Source: an uncultured Eubacteriales bacterium (GTDB taxonomy: Bacteria > Bacillota > Clostridia > Oscillospirales > CAG-382). Taken from it: a DNA stretch of 64,000 nucleotides. Shown here in pieces: positions 1-8,895 of the stretch (its first letter is position 1; each line of letters begins with the position of its first letter). The notes beneath the pieces are model-generated. The model saw only the letters and a program-made list of their open reading frames with translations, was not told where the DNA came from and made no database searches. The position numbers were made by a program, and so were the translations under genes. Location: NCBI GenBank assembly GCA_934502885.1, contig CAKSUT010000007.1, positions 2,951 through 66,950 on the forward strand, read 5' to 3'.

Positions 1-371
1 GAGCATTCAAGAATATTTGTGGGCGCAACGGAAGTTATAATTTCTTCTGCAAAAAAGACGTTTACGATAATCACGGTAATTTTTACGATAAGGCTACCTA
101 TGCTATCTTGAGTACACCATTTGAAACCAATCTCGGCAAGAAATACAGCAAATTCAAAGCAACGCTGTTTGTTAGGAAAGGCGCAGACCGGAAAGGAACC
201 GACTATATCACGGTAATCGGCGACGGAAAAATTCTGTTTAAATCGGATGAAATGGACAAAACATCAAAGCCGATTGACATTGAAGTTGACGTTGCAAACA
301 TAAACGATTTCAAGATCTTGTTCATCAACACAGAATGTCTTCAGATTGCCAACGCAGGTTTCTATCAATAA
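1..371 (+). CDS. 3' end of a gene cut by the window edge; C-terminal NPCBM/NEW2-like carbohydrate-binding module
   Basis: Frame 3 is open from nt 3 to TAA 369-371; the listed 108-371 ORF is only its Met-to-stop tail. The tail (..YSKFKATLFVRKG..ITVIGDGKILFKSDEMDKTSKPIDIEVDVANINDFKILFIN..IANAGFYQ) resembles the NPCBM beta-sandwich pattern from memory. Confidence 0.5.
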   Translation, partial: AFKNICGRNGSYNFFCKKDVYDNHGNFYDKATYAILSTPFETNLGKKYSKFKATLFVRKGADRKGTDYITVIGDGKILFKSDEMDKTSKPIDIEVDVANINDFKILFINTECLQIANAGFYQ

Positions 372-403
372 AATAAACCGGTGCGAATATAAAAGCGGCA
401 CGC

Positions 404-441
404 AAAACAGTCACTCGGAGCATATTCGGGTGACTGTTTTC
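404..441 (+). terminator. rho-independent terminator after the NPCBM-domain gene
   Basis: Stem ACAGTCAC (407-414) / GTGACTGT (430-437) followed by TTTT. Confidence 0.5.
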
Positions 442-545
442 TGTCCTATTTCTGACAAAAAATGCCCTTTCACATATATACATTCTCTTTCGGGCATGAT
501 ATAATGCACGCAGTCCGAAAAAAGTGCGGAATTTACAAATAATCG

Positions 546-574
546 TTGAAGTTCGCGCACGTATACTGTATAAT
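546..574 (+). promoter_or_regulatory. sigma-A type promoter of the nucleotidyltransferase gene
   Basis: TTGAAG (546-551), 17-nt spacer, TATAAT (569-574), 44 nt before the ATG at 618. Confidence 0.5.
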
Positions 575-617
575 CGGATAAGAAGATCCCTTGCGGATTG
601 CGAAAGGAAGTACTTAC

Positions 618-1460
618 ATGAAAGACACGACACTTTTGGTAATGGCGGCAGGCATGGGAAGCCGTTTCGGCGGTCTTAAGCAGATGGAGCCGTTCGGCAG
701 AAACGGTGAGACCATTCTCGACTACTCGGTTTTCGACGCTCTCGACGCAGGTTTCAACAAGATAGTACTCGTTATAAAGAAGTCCATCGAGAAAGATTTC
801 AGAGAACACGTCGGAAAGAGGCTCGAGGCGAAGGCTGACATCGAGTATGTGTTCCAAGAGCTTGACAAACTGCCGAAAGGATTCACCGTTCCCGAGGGAA
901 GAACAAAGCCTTGGGGTACGGGACACGCCGTTCTCTGCGCAAAAGACGTCGTAAAAACTCCGTTTGCGGCGATAAACGCGGACGATTTCTACGGTGCAGG
1001 CTCTTATAAGCCGCTTCACGACTGCCTTGCTTCGGACGGCGGTATGTGCATGGTCGGCTTCCGCCTCGGAAATACGCTCAGCGAAAACGGCACGGTCTCG
1101 AGAGGCGTGTGCGACATAGATCCCGCAACGGGACTTTTGAAGAGCGTCACCGAAATGACCTCCCTCGACAAGAACAGCGGCATTCCGCTTGACACGACGG
1201 TCTCCATGAATATGTGGGGCTTCGGAGTCGATTTCTTTGACGTTCTCGAAGAAAAATTCGTAAAGTTCCTCGAAAACAACGACAATCCCCTCAAGGGTGA
1301 GTTTTACCTCCCGTTTGCGGTTGACGAGCTTATTCACGAGAAAAATCAGCCGGTAAAGGTATTCACCACGGAGGAAAAGTGGTACGGCGTAACCTACAAA
1401 GAGGACAAGGACGATATGCTTGCGGCGGTAAGAAAGCTTTCGGGAAGATACGGCTTTTGA
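618..1460 (+). CDS. sugar-phosphate nucleotidyltransferase family protein
   Basis: Best start is ATG 618 (AAAGGAAG SD about 8 nt upstream), inside the listed 591-1460 ORF. N-terminal LLVMAAGMGSRFGG..K pyrophosphorylase signature; GTGHA and NADDFYG motifs of the GlmU/RmlA-like fold. Confidence 0.8.
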   Translation: MKDTTLLVMAAGMGSRFGGLKQMEPFGRNGETILDYSVFDALDAGFNKIVLVIKKSIEKDFREHVGKRLEAKADIEYVFQELDKLPKGFTVPEGRTKPWGTGHAVLCAKDVVKTPFAAINADDFYGAGSYKPLHDCLASDGGMCMVGFRLGNTLSENGTVSRGVCDIDPATGLLKSVTEMTSLDKNSGIPLDTTVSMNMWGFGVDFFDVLEEKFVKFLENNDNPLKGEFYLPFAVDELIHEKNQPVKVFTTEEKWYGVTYKEDKDDMLAAVRKLSGRYGF

Positions 1461-1508
1461 TTTCCGACGGAGTACATAAGGAAGTGTAAACGAAAAGGAG
1501 CGAAAAGC

Positions 1509-2345
1509 ATGGACGCATTGCAGATAGGAACGACACCTGCCGAAATAATCTACGGTGCGATGTGGATATTCCTCATATACGGCTTTCTCGGCTGGTGCGC
1601 GGAGGTTGTGTTCGCCGCCGTGTGTCTCGGAAAATTCGTGAACCGAGGCTTTCTTTGCGGTCCGATATGTCCGATTTACGGCTTCGGCGTTCTGATTGTC
1701 GGCACGCTTCTCACTCCCGTTGCGGATAACGCTCTCCTGCTTTTCGTCTGTTCGGTGCTTCTGACGTCGGCTCTCGAATTTATCACCGGCTGGGTGCTTG
1801 AGCGGATGTTCAACGAAAAGTGGTGGGACTACTCCGACGACAAATTCAACCTGAAAGGCTACATCTGCCTTAAATTTTCGCTTATGTGGGGCGTTGCGTG
1901 CGTTATCGTAATGAAGACGATATACCCCATGACGCTCACGCTCATACATCATTTTCCTCTTGCTCTCGGCAGCACTCTCATGTGCATATGCCTTGTGCTT
2001 CTTGTTTCCGACCTCACGATAACGCTTGTTGCAAGTCTCGGTTTTTCCGGAAGAATGAAGAGGCTTGCGGAGGTCGAGGCGGCGCTCAAAAAAATCTCCG
2101 GCGAAATCGGAGAAGAGCTTTTCGGCGGTGTCAAGGCAGTCAAGGCGGTGTCCGAAAAGCACGGCACGCAGCTTGACGAGCTTAGCGAGAACAGGCGCAA
2201 GCTTCTTCTCAAATACAAGTCGCTTCTCACAAAGTACAAACTTGTCGATTACCGTCTTTCGAGAGCGTTCCCGAAACTCGGCGACAAGGTATACGGAGAG
2301 TGGCTTGAGAAGTTGAAGAAATTCAAGGACATGGTAAACCGATAA
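1509..2345 (+). CDS. multi-pass membrane protein, 'putative ABC-transporter type IV' (CmpB-like) family, with a charged coiled C-terminus
   Basis: AAAGGAG SD. About 6 hydrophobic helices. The WWDYS..FNLKGYICLKFSLMWG motif matches that family as I remember it. The last ~90 aa are Lys/Glu/Leu-rich. Confidence 0.7.
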   Translation: MDALQIGTTPAEIIYGAMWIFLIYGFLGWCAEVVFAAVCLGKFVNRGFLCGPICPIYGFGVLIVGTLLTPVADNALLLFVCSVLLTSALEFITGWVLERMFNEKWWDYSDDKFNLKGYICLKFSLMWGVACVIVMKTIYPMTLTLIHHFPLALGSTLMCICLVLLVSDLTITLVASLGFSGRMKRLAEVEAALKKISGEIGEELFGGVKAVKAVSEKHGTQLDELSENRRKLLLKYKSLLTKYKLVDYRLSRAFPKLGDKVYGEWLEKLKKFKDMVNR

Positions 2346-2350
2346 AGCGA

Positions 2351-2383
2351 AAAAGGGCGTTCATGGCGAGCGCCCTCTTTTTT
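2351..2383. terminator. bidirectional rho-independent terminator
   Basis: AAAAAGGGCG..loop..CGCCCTCTTTTTT, flanked by an A-run and a T-run. It sits between the convergent 1509-2345 gene and the small minus-strand ORF. Confidence 0.6.
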
Positions 2384-2486
2384 CTGTCCGCAGAAGTGCG
2401 GAAACTCCTTAACTGCGTCGGAGCACCGCAGGTCTTCGGACTTTTGGAAATGCGTAGTTTGCGTTTTTGCGCGGTTAAGTGTAGTC

Positions 2487-2579
2487 TCAGCCGTTGCAGA
2501 AGCAGCAGAGTATGATAACGGCGATGAGGATAATGATCCAAAGGTTATCGTCCGTGAAAGTGTTACCTAAGCAAGCCAC
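2487..2579 (-). CDS. small hydrophobic Cys-rich protein (30 aa), below the ORF-track cutoff
   Basis: GAGAGGAGG SD 7 nt before GTG 2579; encodes MACLGNTFTDDNLWIIILIAVIILCCFCNG, stop TGA 2487-2489. One TM helix followed by CCFC. Terminator hairpins lie downstream. Confidence 0.4.
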   Translation of the reverse strand: MACLGNTFTDDNLWIIILIAVIILCCFCNG

Positions 2580-2768
2580 CGAATTTCCTCCTCTCAAGTA
2601 TCGCAGTGCAGTGCTTTGCGATGCTTTACTACATACTATGTAGAGGCGGCGTGCACCGTTACGGACAAGGCATGCGTTTTTTGCGCGGTTTTACGGAAAA
2701 GCTGCGATTATGTATTTTCACCGCCGTAAAAATTTCGGAAACATCTGCCTTATTTATGAGAAAAAGTG

Positions 2769-2797
2769 TTGACAAAACGCAAAGTTTGCTTTATAAT
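2769..2797 (+). promoter_or_regulatory. sigma-A promoter of the Lrp/AsnC regulator gene
   Basis: TTGACA (2769-2774), 17 nt, TATAAT (2792-2797). Confidence 0.6.
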
Positions 2798-2837
2798 TAT
2801 GTAGACGAACGAAAATATTCTTTCGGAGGAATTTTTC

Positions 2838-3314
2838 ATGGACGAACTCGATTACACAATTTTATCGTGTCTTAAGGACAACGCAAGGATGACCTCATCC
2901 GAGATAAGCAAGAAGATAAATCTCTCGGTCTCGGCGGTCATTGAGAGAATAAAGAAACTCGAAACCTCGGGCATTATCGAAAAATACACCGTGACTCTCA
3001 ACCAGAAAAAGCTCGGAAACGACCTTGTCGCGATAATGGAGGTAAGTCTCGAGCATCCGAAGTACTATGACGCTTTCGTTGACATGGTGTCGAAGAACCC
3101 CAACATACAGTCGTGCTACTACCTCACGGGAGAATTTGATTTTGTACTGAAGATAATTACCGACTCGACGGAGAGTCTGAATCAGATTCACCGCAGGATA
3201 AAAAGTCTAAAGGGCGTTCAGGCAACCGAAACGCACTTCGTCCTGAAGTCTCTGAAGTGCGATCCGTCGGTTATACCGACTCTTGATTACGATTACGGCG
3301 ACTGCACCGACTGA
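2838..3314 (+). CDS. Lrp/AsnC family transcriptional regulator
   Basis: [42 protein letters not shown] plus a C-terminal AsnC/RAM ligand domain; 158 aa. Confidence 0.9.
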   Translation: MDELDYTILSCLKDNARMTSSEISKKINLSVSAVIERIKKLETSGIIEKYTVTLNQKKLGNDLVAIMEVSLEHPKYYDAFVDMVSKNPNIQSCYYLTGEFDFVLKIITDSTESLNQIHRRIKSLKGVQATETHFVLKSLKCDPSVIPTLDYDYGDCTD

Positions 3315-3349
3315 AATATGTCAATAATGTCTGTACACTGAAAGGAGCA

Positions 3350-3826
3350 ATGCCGGTGGAAAACAAGAACAAGGCGGAAATAAAGATTGCCGCACAGAAC
3401 AAGAAAGCGTATCATGATTACTTTATCGAGGACACCTACGAAGCCGGTATCGAGCTTTGCGGAACCGAGGTAAAGAGCATACGCTTGGGTCAGGTCAACA
3501 TGAAGGACTCTTACTGCAAGGTAATAGGCGGTGAGATGTTTGCCATGGGAATACACATAAGCCCCTACGAAAAGGGTAACATATTCAACAGAGAGCCGTT
3601 GAAGGTAAGACGTCTTCTCCTTCACAAGAGAGAGATTATGAAGCTTTTCGGTCTTGTGGGAACTCAGGGGTACACTCTCGTGCCGCTTAAAATGTACTTC
3701 TCCGGCTCAAAGGTCAAGGTTGAAGTAGGACTTTGCAAGGGTAAAAAGCTTTACGACAAGCGTGAAACCGACGCAAAGAAGCAGGCGATGAGAGATATCG
3801 AAAGGTACTCGAGAGGAAAAGAATGA
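3350..3826 (+). CDS. smpB: SsrA-binding protein SmpB
   Basis: [34 protein letters not shown]... and the basic C-terminal tail are canonical SmpB. GTG 3356 is an alternative start with better SD spacing. Confidence 0.93.
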   Translation: MPVENKNKAEIKIAAQNKKAYHDYFIEDTYEAGIELCGTEVKSIRLGQVNMKDSYCKVIGGEMFAMGIHISPYEKGNIFNREPLKVRRLLLHKREIMKLFGLVGTQGYTLVPLKMYFSGSKVKVEVGLCKGKKLYDKRETDAKKQAMRDIERYSRGKE

Positions 3827-3878
3827 TTTGCCGTTCGTCCTCAAATAGATTAAGGCGTCGCAATTTAATACGTCAATG

Positions 3879-3914
3879 CAGAAAACTGTGGTACTCTCCG
3901 CAGTTTTTTGTTTT
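3879..3914 (+). terminator. rho-independent terminator after smpB
   Basis: AAAACTGTGG (3881-3890) / CCGCAGTTTT (3897-3906) followed by a T-run. Confidence 0.7.
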
Positions 3915-4021
3915 TGCGCCGTCTCGGAATCTGCGCCGTTCAAGATTAAAGCAAAGCGTCTTCGAGGATTTTCAGCATCGGTTTTCATCTCCAAAAAATT
4001 TTATTTTTTTTGAAAAACCTC

Positions 4022-4050
4022 TTGACAAACGAGGAAAAGTGTGGTATTAT
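4022..4050 (+). promoter_or_regulatory. sigma-A promoter (extended -10) of the sulfhydrylase-cysK-Rrf2 operon
   Basis: TTGACA (4022-4027), 17 nt, TGgTATTAT (4042-4050). Confidence 0.7.
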
Positions 4051-4123
4051 ATAACCAACCTACAGGATAGGTGGTATAAATCACGAACAAAAACCAATAT
4101 ACAGAAATGAAAGGAAGAAGCTT

Positions 4124-5413
4124 ATGCCGGATTTCAGATTTGAAACTCTCCAGGTACACGCAGGACAGGAGTCGCCCGACCCCGCAACCGACGCAAGAGC
4201 GGTTCCGATATATGCGACAACCTCGTATGTATTCAAAGACTCCGCACAGGCGGCGGGCAGATTCGCGCTCACCGAGGGCGGCAACATCTACACAAGGCTT
4301 ATGAACCCCACGTCGGACGTCTTTGAAAAGCGCGTCGCCACACTTGAAGGCGGTGTCGGTGCTCTTGCGACAGCTTCAGGCTCTGCGGCTATAACCTACG
4401 CTGTGCAGAACATAGCGGTGGCAGGAGACCACATCGTGTCGTCAGCTAACCTCTACGGCGGAACGTACAACCTTTTCTCAAACACTCTCGTCGAGCAGGG
4501 ACTGAAAACAACGTTCGTCGATCCTTCCTGTCCGGAGAACTTCGAGAAAGCGATACTTCCGAACACAAAGCTTCTCTATGCCGAAACCCTTGGAAACCCC
4601 AACTCGGACGTAATCGACATAGAGGCGATAGCACAGGTCGCACACCGTCACGGAATACCGCTCATAGTGGACAGCACCTTTGCAACGCCGTATCTTCTCA
4701 GACCGATAGAACACGGAGCGGACATAGTCGTTCACTCGGCGACGAAGTTCATGGGAGGTCACGGAACGGTAATGGGCGGCGTTATAGTTGACGGAGGAAA
4801 GTTCGACTGGGCGCAGAACGACAAATTCCCCGGTCTCTCGAAGCCGAATCCGTCGTACCACGGAGTGGTCTTTACCGAAGCCGCCGGAAATGCGGCGTAT
4901 ATCATAAAACTCCGCACGACAATCATGCGCGACCAAGGTGCGACGATATCCCCGTTCAATTCTTTTCTCCTTCTCCAGGGTCTCGAAACGCTGTCTCTCC
5001 GCGTTGAACGTCACGTTGAAAACGCACTCCGCGTCGTTGACTTTCTGAAGAACCATCCGCAGGTCGAAAAGGTAAATCACCCCTCGCTTGAGGTCGGCGA
5101 AAAGAAGGCTCTCTACGACAAATATTTTCCGAACGGTGCGGCGTCGATATTCACCTTCGAGATAAAGGGCGGTGCGGAAGCAGCAAAGAAGTTCACGGAA
5201 AGTCTCAGTCTCTTCTCGCTTCTCGCAAATGTTGCGGACGTAAAGAGCCTCGTTATTCATCCGGCGTCAACGACGCATTCGCAGATGAACGAAAAAGAGC
5301 TTCTCGCCTGCGGCATAAAGCCGAACACTATAAGACTTTCGATAGGCACCGAACACATCGACGACATCATAGCCGATCTTGAAAGAGGTTTTGCGGCAGT
5401 CGCCGAGAAATAA
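4124..5413 (+). CDS. metY: O-acetylhomoserine sulfhydrylase (aminocarboxypropyltransferase), PLP-dependent
   Basis: 429 aa. [30 protein letters not shown], and PLP-lysine context [11 protein letters not shown]; length and motifs typical of MetY/CysD-type enzymes. Confidence 0.88.
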   Translation: MPDFRFETLQVHAGQESPDPATDARAVPIYATTSYVFKDSAQAAGRFALTEGGNIYTRLMNPTSDVFEKRVATLEGGVGALATASGSAAITYAVQNIAVAGDHIVSSANLYGGTYNLFSNTLVEQGLKTTFVDPSCPENFEKAILPNTKLLYAETLGNPNSDVIDIEAIAQVAHRHGIPLIVDSTFATPYLLRPIEHGADIVVHSATKFMGGHGTVMGGVIVDGGKFDWAQNDKFPGLSKPNPSYHGVVFTEAAGNAAYIIKLRTTIMRDQGATISPFNSFLLLQGLETLSLRVERHVENALRVVDFLKNHPQVEKVNHPSLEVGEKKALYDKYFPNGAASIFTFEIKGGAEAAKKFTESLSLFSLLANVADVKSLVIHPASTTHSQMNEKELLACGIKPNTIRLSIGTEHIDDIIADLERGFAAVAEK

Positions 5414-5469
5414 CATGACAAACAGAATTACACATAAACTTACACCATCTTTATAAAGGAGCGATTTAT

Positions 5470-6402
5470 ATGTCAAAGATATACACATCAGCAGACGAAC
5501 TTATAGGTAAAACCCCTCTTCTTGAGCTCACACACATTGAAAAGAAGCTCGGGCTCAAGGCAAAGATTCTCGCAAAGCTCGAGTACTTCAATCCGGCAGG
5601 ATCGGTAAAGGACCGTATCGCAAAGAAGATGATTGACGACGCCGAAGCCGCAGGAAAGCTCACTCCCGACTCCGTAATCATCGAGCCTACCTCCGGAAAC
5701 ACAGGTATCGGTCTTGCGTCGGTTGCGGCGGCAAGAGGCTACAGAATAATCATCGTAATGCCCGAGACGATGTCCGTTGAAAGACGTCAGCTCATGAGGG
5801 CATACGGTGCAGAGCTTGTTCTCACTGAGGGTGCAAAGGGCATGAAGGGTGCAATCGCAAAGGCTGAGGAGCTTGCAAAGGAGATTCCGAACGCATTTAT
5901 TCCCGGTCAGTTCGTCAACCCCTCCAACCCCGAGGCGCACAGAGAAACGACAGGTCCCGAAATATACGACGACACCGACGGTAAGGTTGACTTCTTCGTC
6001 GCAGGCGTAGGTACGGGCGGAACAATTACCGGCGTCGGCGAATACCTCAAGTCCAAGATTCCGACGGTAAAGGTTGTAGCGGTAGAACCCGAGACCTCCG
6101 CAGTGCTTTCAACAGGCATCGCAGGACCTCACAAGATTCAGGGCATAGGCGCAGGCTTTGTTCCGGAGGTTCTCAACACGAAGGTTTACGACGAAATCAT
6201 CCCCGTTGCAAACGAGAGTGCTTTTGAAACCGGCAGACTCATCGGCAAGAACGAGGGCGTACTCGTCGGCATATCCTCCGGGGCGGCACTCCATGCGGCA
6301 ATTGAGGTTGCAAAGCGTCCCGAAAACGAGGGCAAGACCATTGTCGTTCTCTTCCCCGACACAGGCGACAGATACCTCTCCACTCCCCTTTTCGCAGAGT
6401 GA
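5470..6402 (+). CDS. cysK: cysteine synthase A (O-acetylserine sulfhydrylase)
   Basis: AAGGAG SD. PLP lysine in GSVKDRIA; [10 protein letters not shown] and [10 protein letters not shown] loops; 310 aa. Confidence 0.92.
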   Translation: MSKIYTSADELIGKTPLLELTHIEKKLGLKAKILAKLEYFNPAGSVKDRIAKKMIDDAEAAGKLTPDSVIIEPTSGNTGIGLASVAAARGYRIIIVMPETMSVERRQLMRAYGAELVLTEGAKGMKGAIAKAEELAKEIPNAFIPGQFVNPSNPEAHRETTGPEIYDDTDGKVDFFVAGVGTGGTITGVGEYLKSKIPTVKVVAVEPETSAVLSTGIAGPHKIQGIGAGFVPEVLNTKVYDEIIPVANESAFETGRLIGKNEGVLVGISSGAALHAAIEVAKRPENEGKTIVVLFPDTGDRYLSTPLFAE

Positions 6403-6439
6403 TTTAACGAACGCATAAACCGAGAAAGGAGGTCGGACG

Positions 6440-6868
6440 ATGCTTATATCGACCAAGGGCAGGTATGCTCTGAGAGTCCTCATTGACCTTGCCGAGCACA
6501 GAAACGGCGGCTACACACCAATGAAGGAGATTGCCGAAAGGCAGGAGATATCGCTCAAATACCTCGAGAGGATAGTCCCCGAGCTTACCAAGGCGAAGTA
6601 CATCGAAGGCGTTCACGGCAAAGGCGGCGGATACAGGCTCATAAAAGAACCGTCGGACTGCAACGTGTGGGATATACTCTGCGTGACGGAAGACGACCTC
6701 GCTCCGGTATCGTGCCTAAAGAAGGACGCTCCAGCGTGTTCAAGAGCGGCTGAGTGTCGGACGCTTCCGATGTGGAACGGCTTTTACAAGCTCACGCACG
6801 ACTACTTCTCCGGCATAACGGTGGCAGACCTGATAAAAGAATCCGCCTCCGACAACTACGTGATATAA
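6440..6868 (+). CDS. Rrf2 family transcriptional regulator (CymR/IscR-like)
   Basis: AAAGGAGG SD. N-terminal winged HTH MLISTKGRYALRVLIDLA. Three clustered Cys (VSCLKKDAPACSRAAEC) typical of Fe-S-binding members. Confidence 0.85.
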   Translation: MLISTKGRYALRVLIDLAEHRNGGYTPMKEIAERQEISLKYLERIVPELTKAKYIEGVHGKGGGYRLIKEPSDCNVWDILCVTEDDLAPVSCLKKDAPACSRAAECRTLPMWNGFYKLTHDYFSGITVADLIKESASDNYVI

Positions 6869-6873
6869 ATTTA

Positions 6874-6914
6874 CCCCGAAGCACCGTAATAAGTGTTTCG
6901 GGGCAGTTTTTTTA
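6874..6914. terminator. rho-independent terminator between convergent genes
   Basis: CCCCGAAGCAC (6874-6884) / GTGTTTCGGGG (6893-6903), then T7. Confidence 0.75.
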
Positions 6915-6944
6915 TTTTGTGGTTTTTGCGCTGATCTCAGCCTC

Positions 6945-8603
6945 TCAGCCGACGCTTTTTCCGTCAACCCATTCGGAGCCTTTCACGACGTCGTGAAGGT
7001 TCTTTTCGGCGTTGTAGACTATGTTGTACTCCGTGCCGCTGACACGGTTATCGTCGCTGAAAGTTCCGACAAAGCTTGCGTAAACACCCTCGTAAAGGGG
7101 ACTTCCTTTCGGCAAATACTCCGTGCCCGAGCCGTTCTTTTTACCGTCCTTCATCTCGCCGATGTACGTGAGAATACCGCTTTGGTAGGTTCTCGCCTTG
7201 CCGTTTACGTTGCCGCCGCCGAACACACCCTCCGCACAAAGATATCCTGCACGGTTATAAAGCTTGCCGCTTCCGCTGTAGAGATTGCTCTCAAAGCTGC
7301 CGGAATACATAAGTCCGTCCTTTGCACGGGGAACGACGAACTCCGACACCTCATTTACGAGAGTGTATTCATTTTCGCCGTAGTCGTTTCTGCCGGCAAC
7401 AGCGCCGTTATAGTATGCTTTACCCACTCCGTGCGCAACTCCGTTCACAACGTTTCCTCTGTAGTAGAGCAGGTCTCCGCCGTATACAGAAGACCTGAAC
7501 GGAAGCAACGAACTTTCAAAATAGTATATTACGCCGTCCGTGTCCGTATAGCCGGGAGCGTAGGTTATATAGGTATCGTAGGGCTTATGAAAATATCCGT
7601 ACTCCGCATCGACATTGACAAGTCTGTCGGTGAGAATTTTGCCGTCGTATACGGGGTTTCCGTCCTTGTATATGGTTCCGGCGAAAGAAACGACATGGTC
7701 TTCCTCATCACGCTCGACGCTCTCTCTGTTTATCGAAAGGTACTTCTTTCCCACGGTCGTATAGCGAATCTGAGTCTTTTCGTCCTCTTTGCCTCTCATA
7801 ACAAGTCCGTAACGGAAAGAATCATCAAAGGCGCAATAGGAAATACCCTGTGCGTTTTCGTAATCGGCGGTATAGCGCACCGCACCCTTGAAATTGTCGT
7901 TGTAGGTATACACAGAGCCGTTTGCGTTGTTGACATATGTCACGGTCTCATAGCTTCCGAAGCGGTCGGTTCTCTTATTAACGCTGACGCCGTATTCAAG
8001 CGTGCCGTCCTCCGAGAGCTTTCCTCTTTTCGTTTCCGTGCTTCCGACAGAGGGATATCCGTCTTTCTCTCCGTCATAGGTCTCGACCGCAGGCTCGTAA
8101 TCCCTGACTTCGTTTTCGATTATCTTCACGTCAAAGCGGCGTTTTGAGTTGTCGTATACGCACTCGCCGTACTTCTGAAGCCAGTCGGCACGGATAACTG
8201 TTCTGCCGCCGATGTTGTAGGAGTCGGCTTTTTCGCCGTCAACGTAGGTCACAATATCGGTGGAGTATATGGGGAATTTATAACCGAAAGACTGCACTGC
8301 GGGCTTTTTCTCATTCACAAAATCGCCGATGTATGCAGTAAATGAAAAGGGCTTGCGGTCAATCGAAAGCGTTCTGTCGGCAGCGTTCCACACAACGTCA
8401 AAGCCGTAATTGAGAAGCTCCTCCGCAATGAGGTATGTATTCCCGGCGTAGTTGTACGACTCAATCGGGCAGTTATCTATAAAAACCGTGATATCCGTAT
8501 CGGTGACGGCACCGACGGTTTCGGCAGCACTTGCTCTTACCCCGCATACACCGGTAGCAGCAGCCGCCGCAAGGAAAAACGCTACGCTCTTTCTGAAATT
8601 CAT
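6945..8603 (-). CDS. secreted protein with an N-terminal stalk-like domain and C-terminal MORN-like repeats
   Basis: Signal peptide MNFRKSVAFFLAAAAATGVCGVRASA. ITVFIDNCPIESYNYAGNTYLIAEELLNYGFDVVWNAADRTLSI resembles the copper-amine-oxidase N-terminal-like domain. The C-terminus has YxGxxxxGxxxGxG repeats (YSGSGKLYNRAG.., YIGEMKDGKKNGSGTEY..). Confidence 0.6.
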   Translation of the reverse strand: MNFRKSVAFFLAAAAATGVCGVRASAAETVGAVTDTDITVFIDNCPIESYNYAGNTYLIAEELLNYGFDVVWNAADRTLSIDRKPFSFTAYIGDFVNEKKPAVQSFGYKFPIYSTDIVTYVDGEKADSYNIGGRTVIRADWLQKYGECVYDNSKRRFDVKIIENEVRDYEPAVETYDGEKDGYPSVGSTETKRGKLSEDGTLEYGVSVNKRTDRFGSYETVTYVNNANGSVYTYNDNFKGAVRYTADYENAQGISYCAFDDSFRYGLVMRGKEDEKTQIRYTTVGKKYLSINRESVERDEEDHVVSFAGTIYKDGNPVYDGKILTDRLVNVDAEYGYFHKPYDTYITYAPGYTDTDGVIYYFESSLLPFRSSVYGGDLLYYRGNVVNGVAHGVGKAYYNGAVAGRNDYGENEYTLVNEVSEFVVPRAKDGLMYSGSFESNLYSGSGKLYNRAGYLCAEGVFGGGNVNGKARTYQSGILTYIGEMKDGKKNGSGTEYLPKGSPLYEGVYASFVGTFSDDNRVSGTEYNIVYNAEKNLHDVVKGSEWVDGKSVG

Positions 8604-8785
8604 TATGTCAAAACCTCCGCAAAAGTATTCATATATATCCGTACATTCGACGTAAAATCAGAGCATTTTGTTCCGTAATTCCGCAGAAAAAAACATCGTC
8701 GTAATCTATTGTTTACATTATATCACATAACATCGGTTAAATTATTGCTCAAAGGTAATTTTGTTGTAAATTGTCGCAGAAACAT

Positions 8786-8814
8786 TTGACTTATACAAAA
8801 TCGGGTGATATAAT
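8786..8814 (+). promoter_or_regulatory. sigma-A promoter (extended -10) of typA
   Basis: TTGACT (8786-8791), 17 nt, TGaTATAAT (8806-8814). Confidence 0.65.
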
Positions 8815-8895
8815 ATCATTTTGTGTTATAATGTAAAAAAGGTACGCAGTGAAGTAGCCGAAAAGGCGGACAAAAAGAAAGGCACGGAGTTATTT

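Noticed and set aside
411-2162. A 583-aa minus-strand ORF, the longest ORF in the first 3 kb.
   Set aside because: It runs antisense across two well-supported plus-strand genes and their intergenic spacer. It has no SD or recognisable motif, and its composition is Arg/Ser/His-rich, typical of a shadow frame opposite GC-biased third-position coding sequence.
3827-4123. A possible tmRNA (ssrA) gene downstream of smpB.
   Set aside because: The gap contains only a terminator and the next promoter. It has no GGGG...tRNA-like acceptor/T-arm (GGTTCGA..CCA) and no tag-peptide reading frame, and 297 nt minus those elements is too short.
4051-4123. A SAM-I (S-box) riboswitch or T-box upstream of the methionine/cysteine biosynthesis operon.
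   Set aside because: The leader is only ~70 nt and lacks the conserved S-box or T-box blocks. Regulation by the operon-encoded Rrf2 protein is the more likely explanation.
8821-8895. N-terminal extensions given by the ORF track (for example typA from 8821, EF-G paralogue from 12004, GH78 from 43157, MFS from 38923, folT from 27018, GNAT from 36233).
   Set aside because: In each case an internal ATG is preceded by a good SD at 5-9 nt and yields the canonical N-terminus (P-loop, signal peptide or lipobox). The extended versions lack an SD and overlap promoters or the upstream gene.
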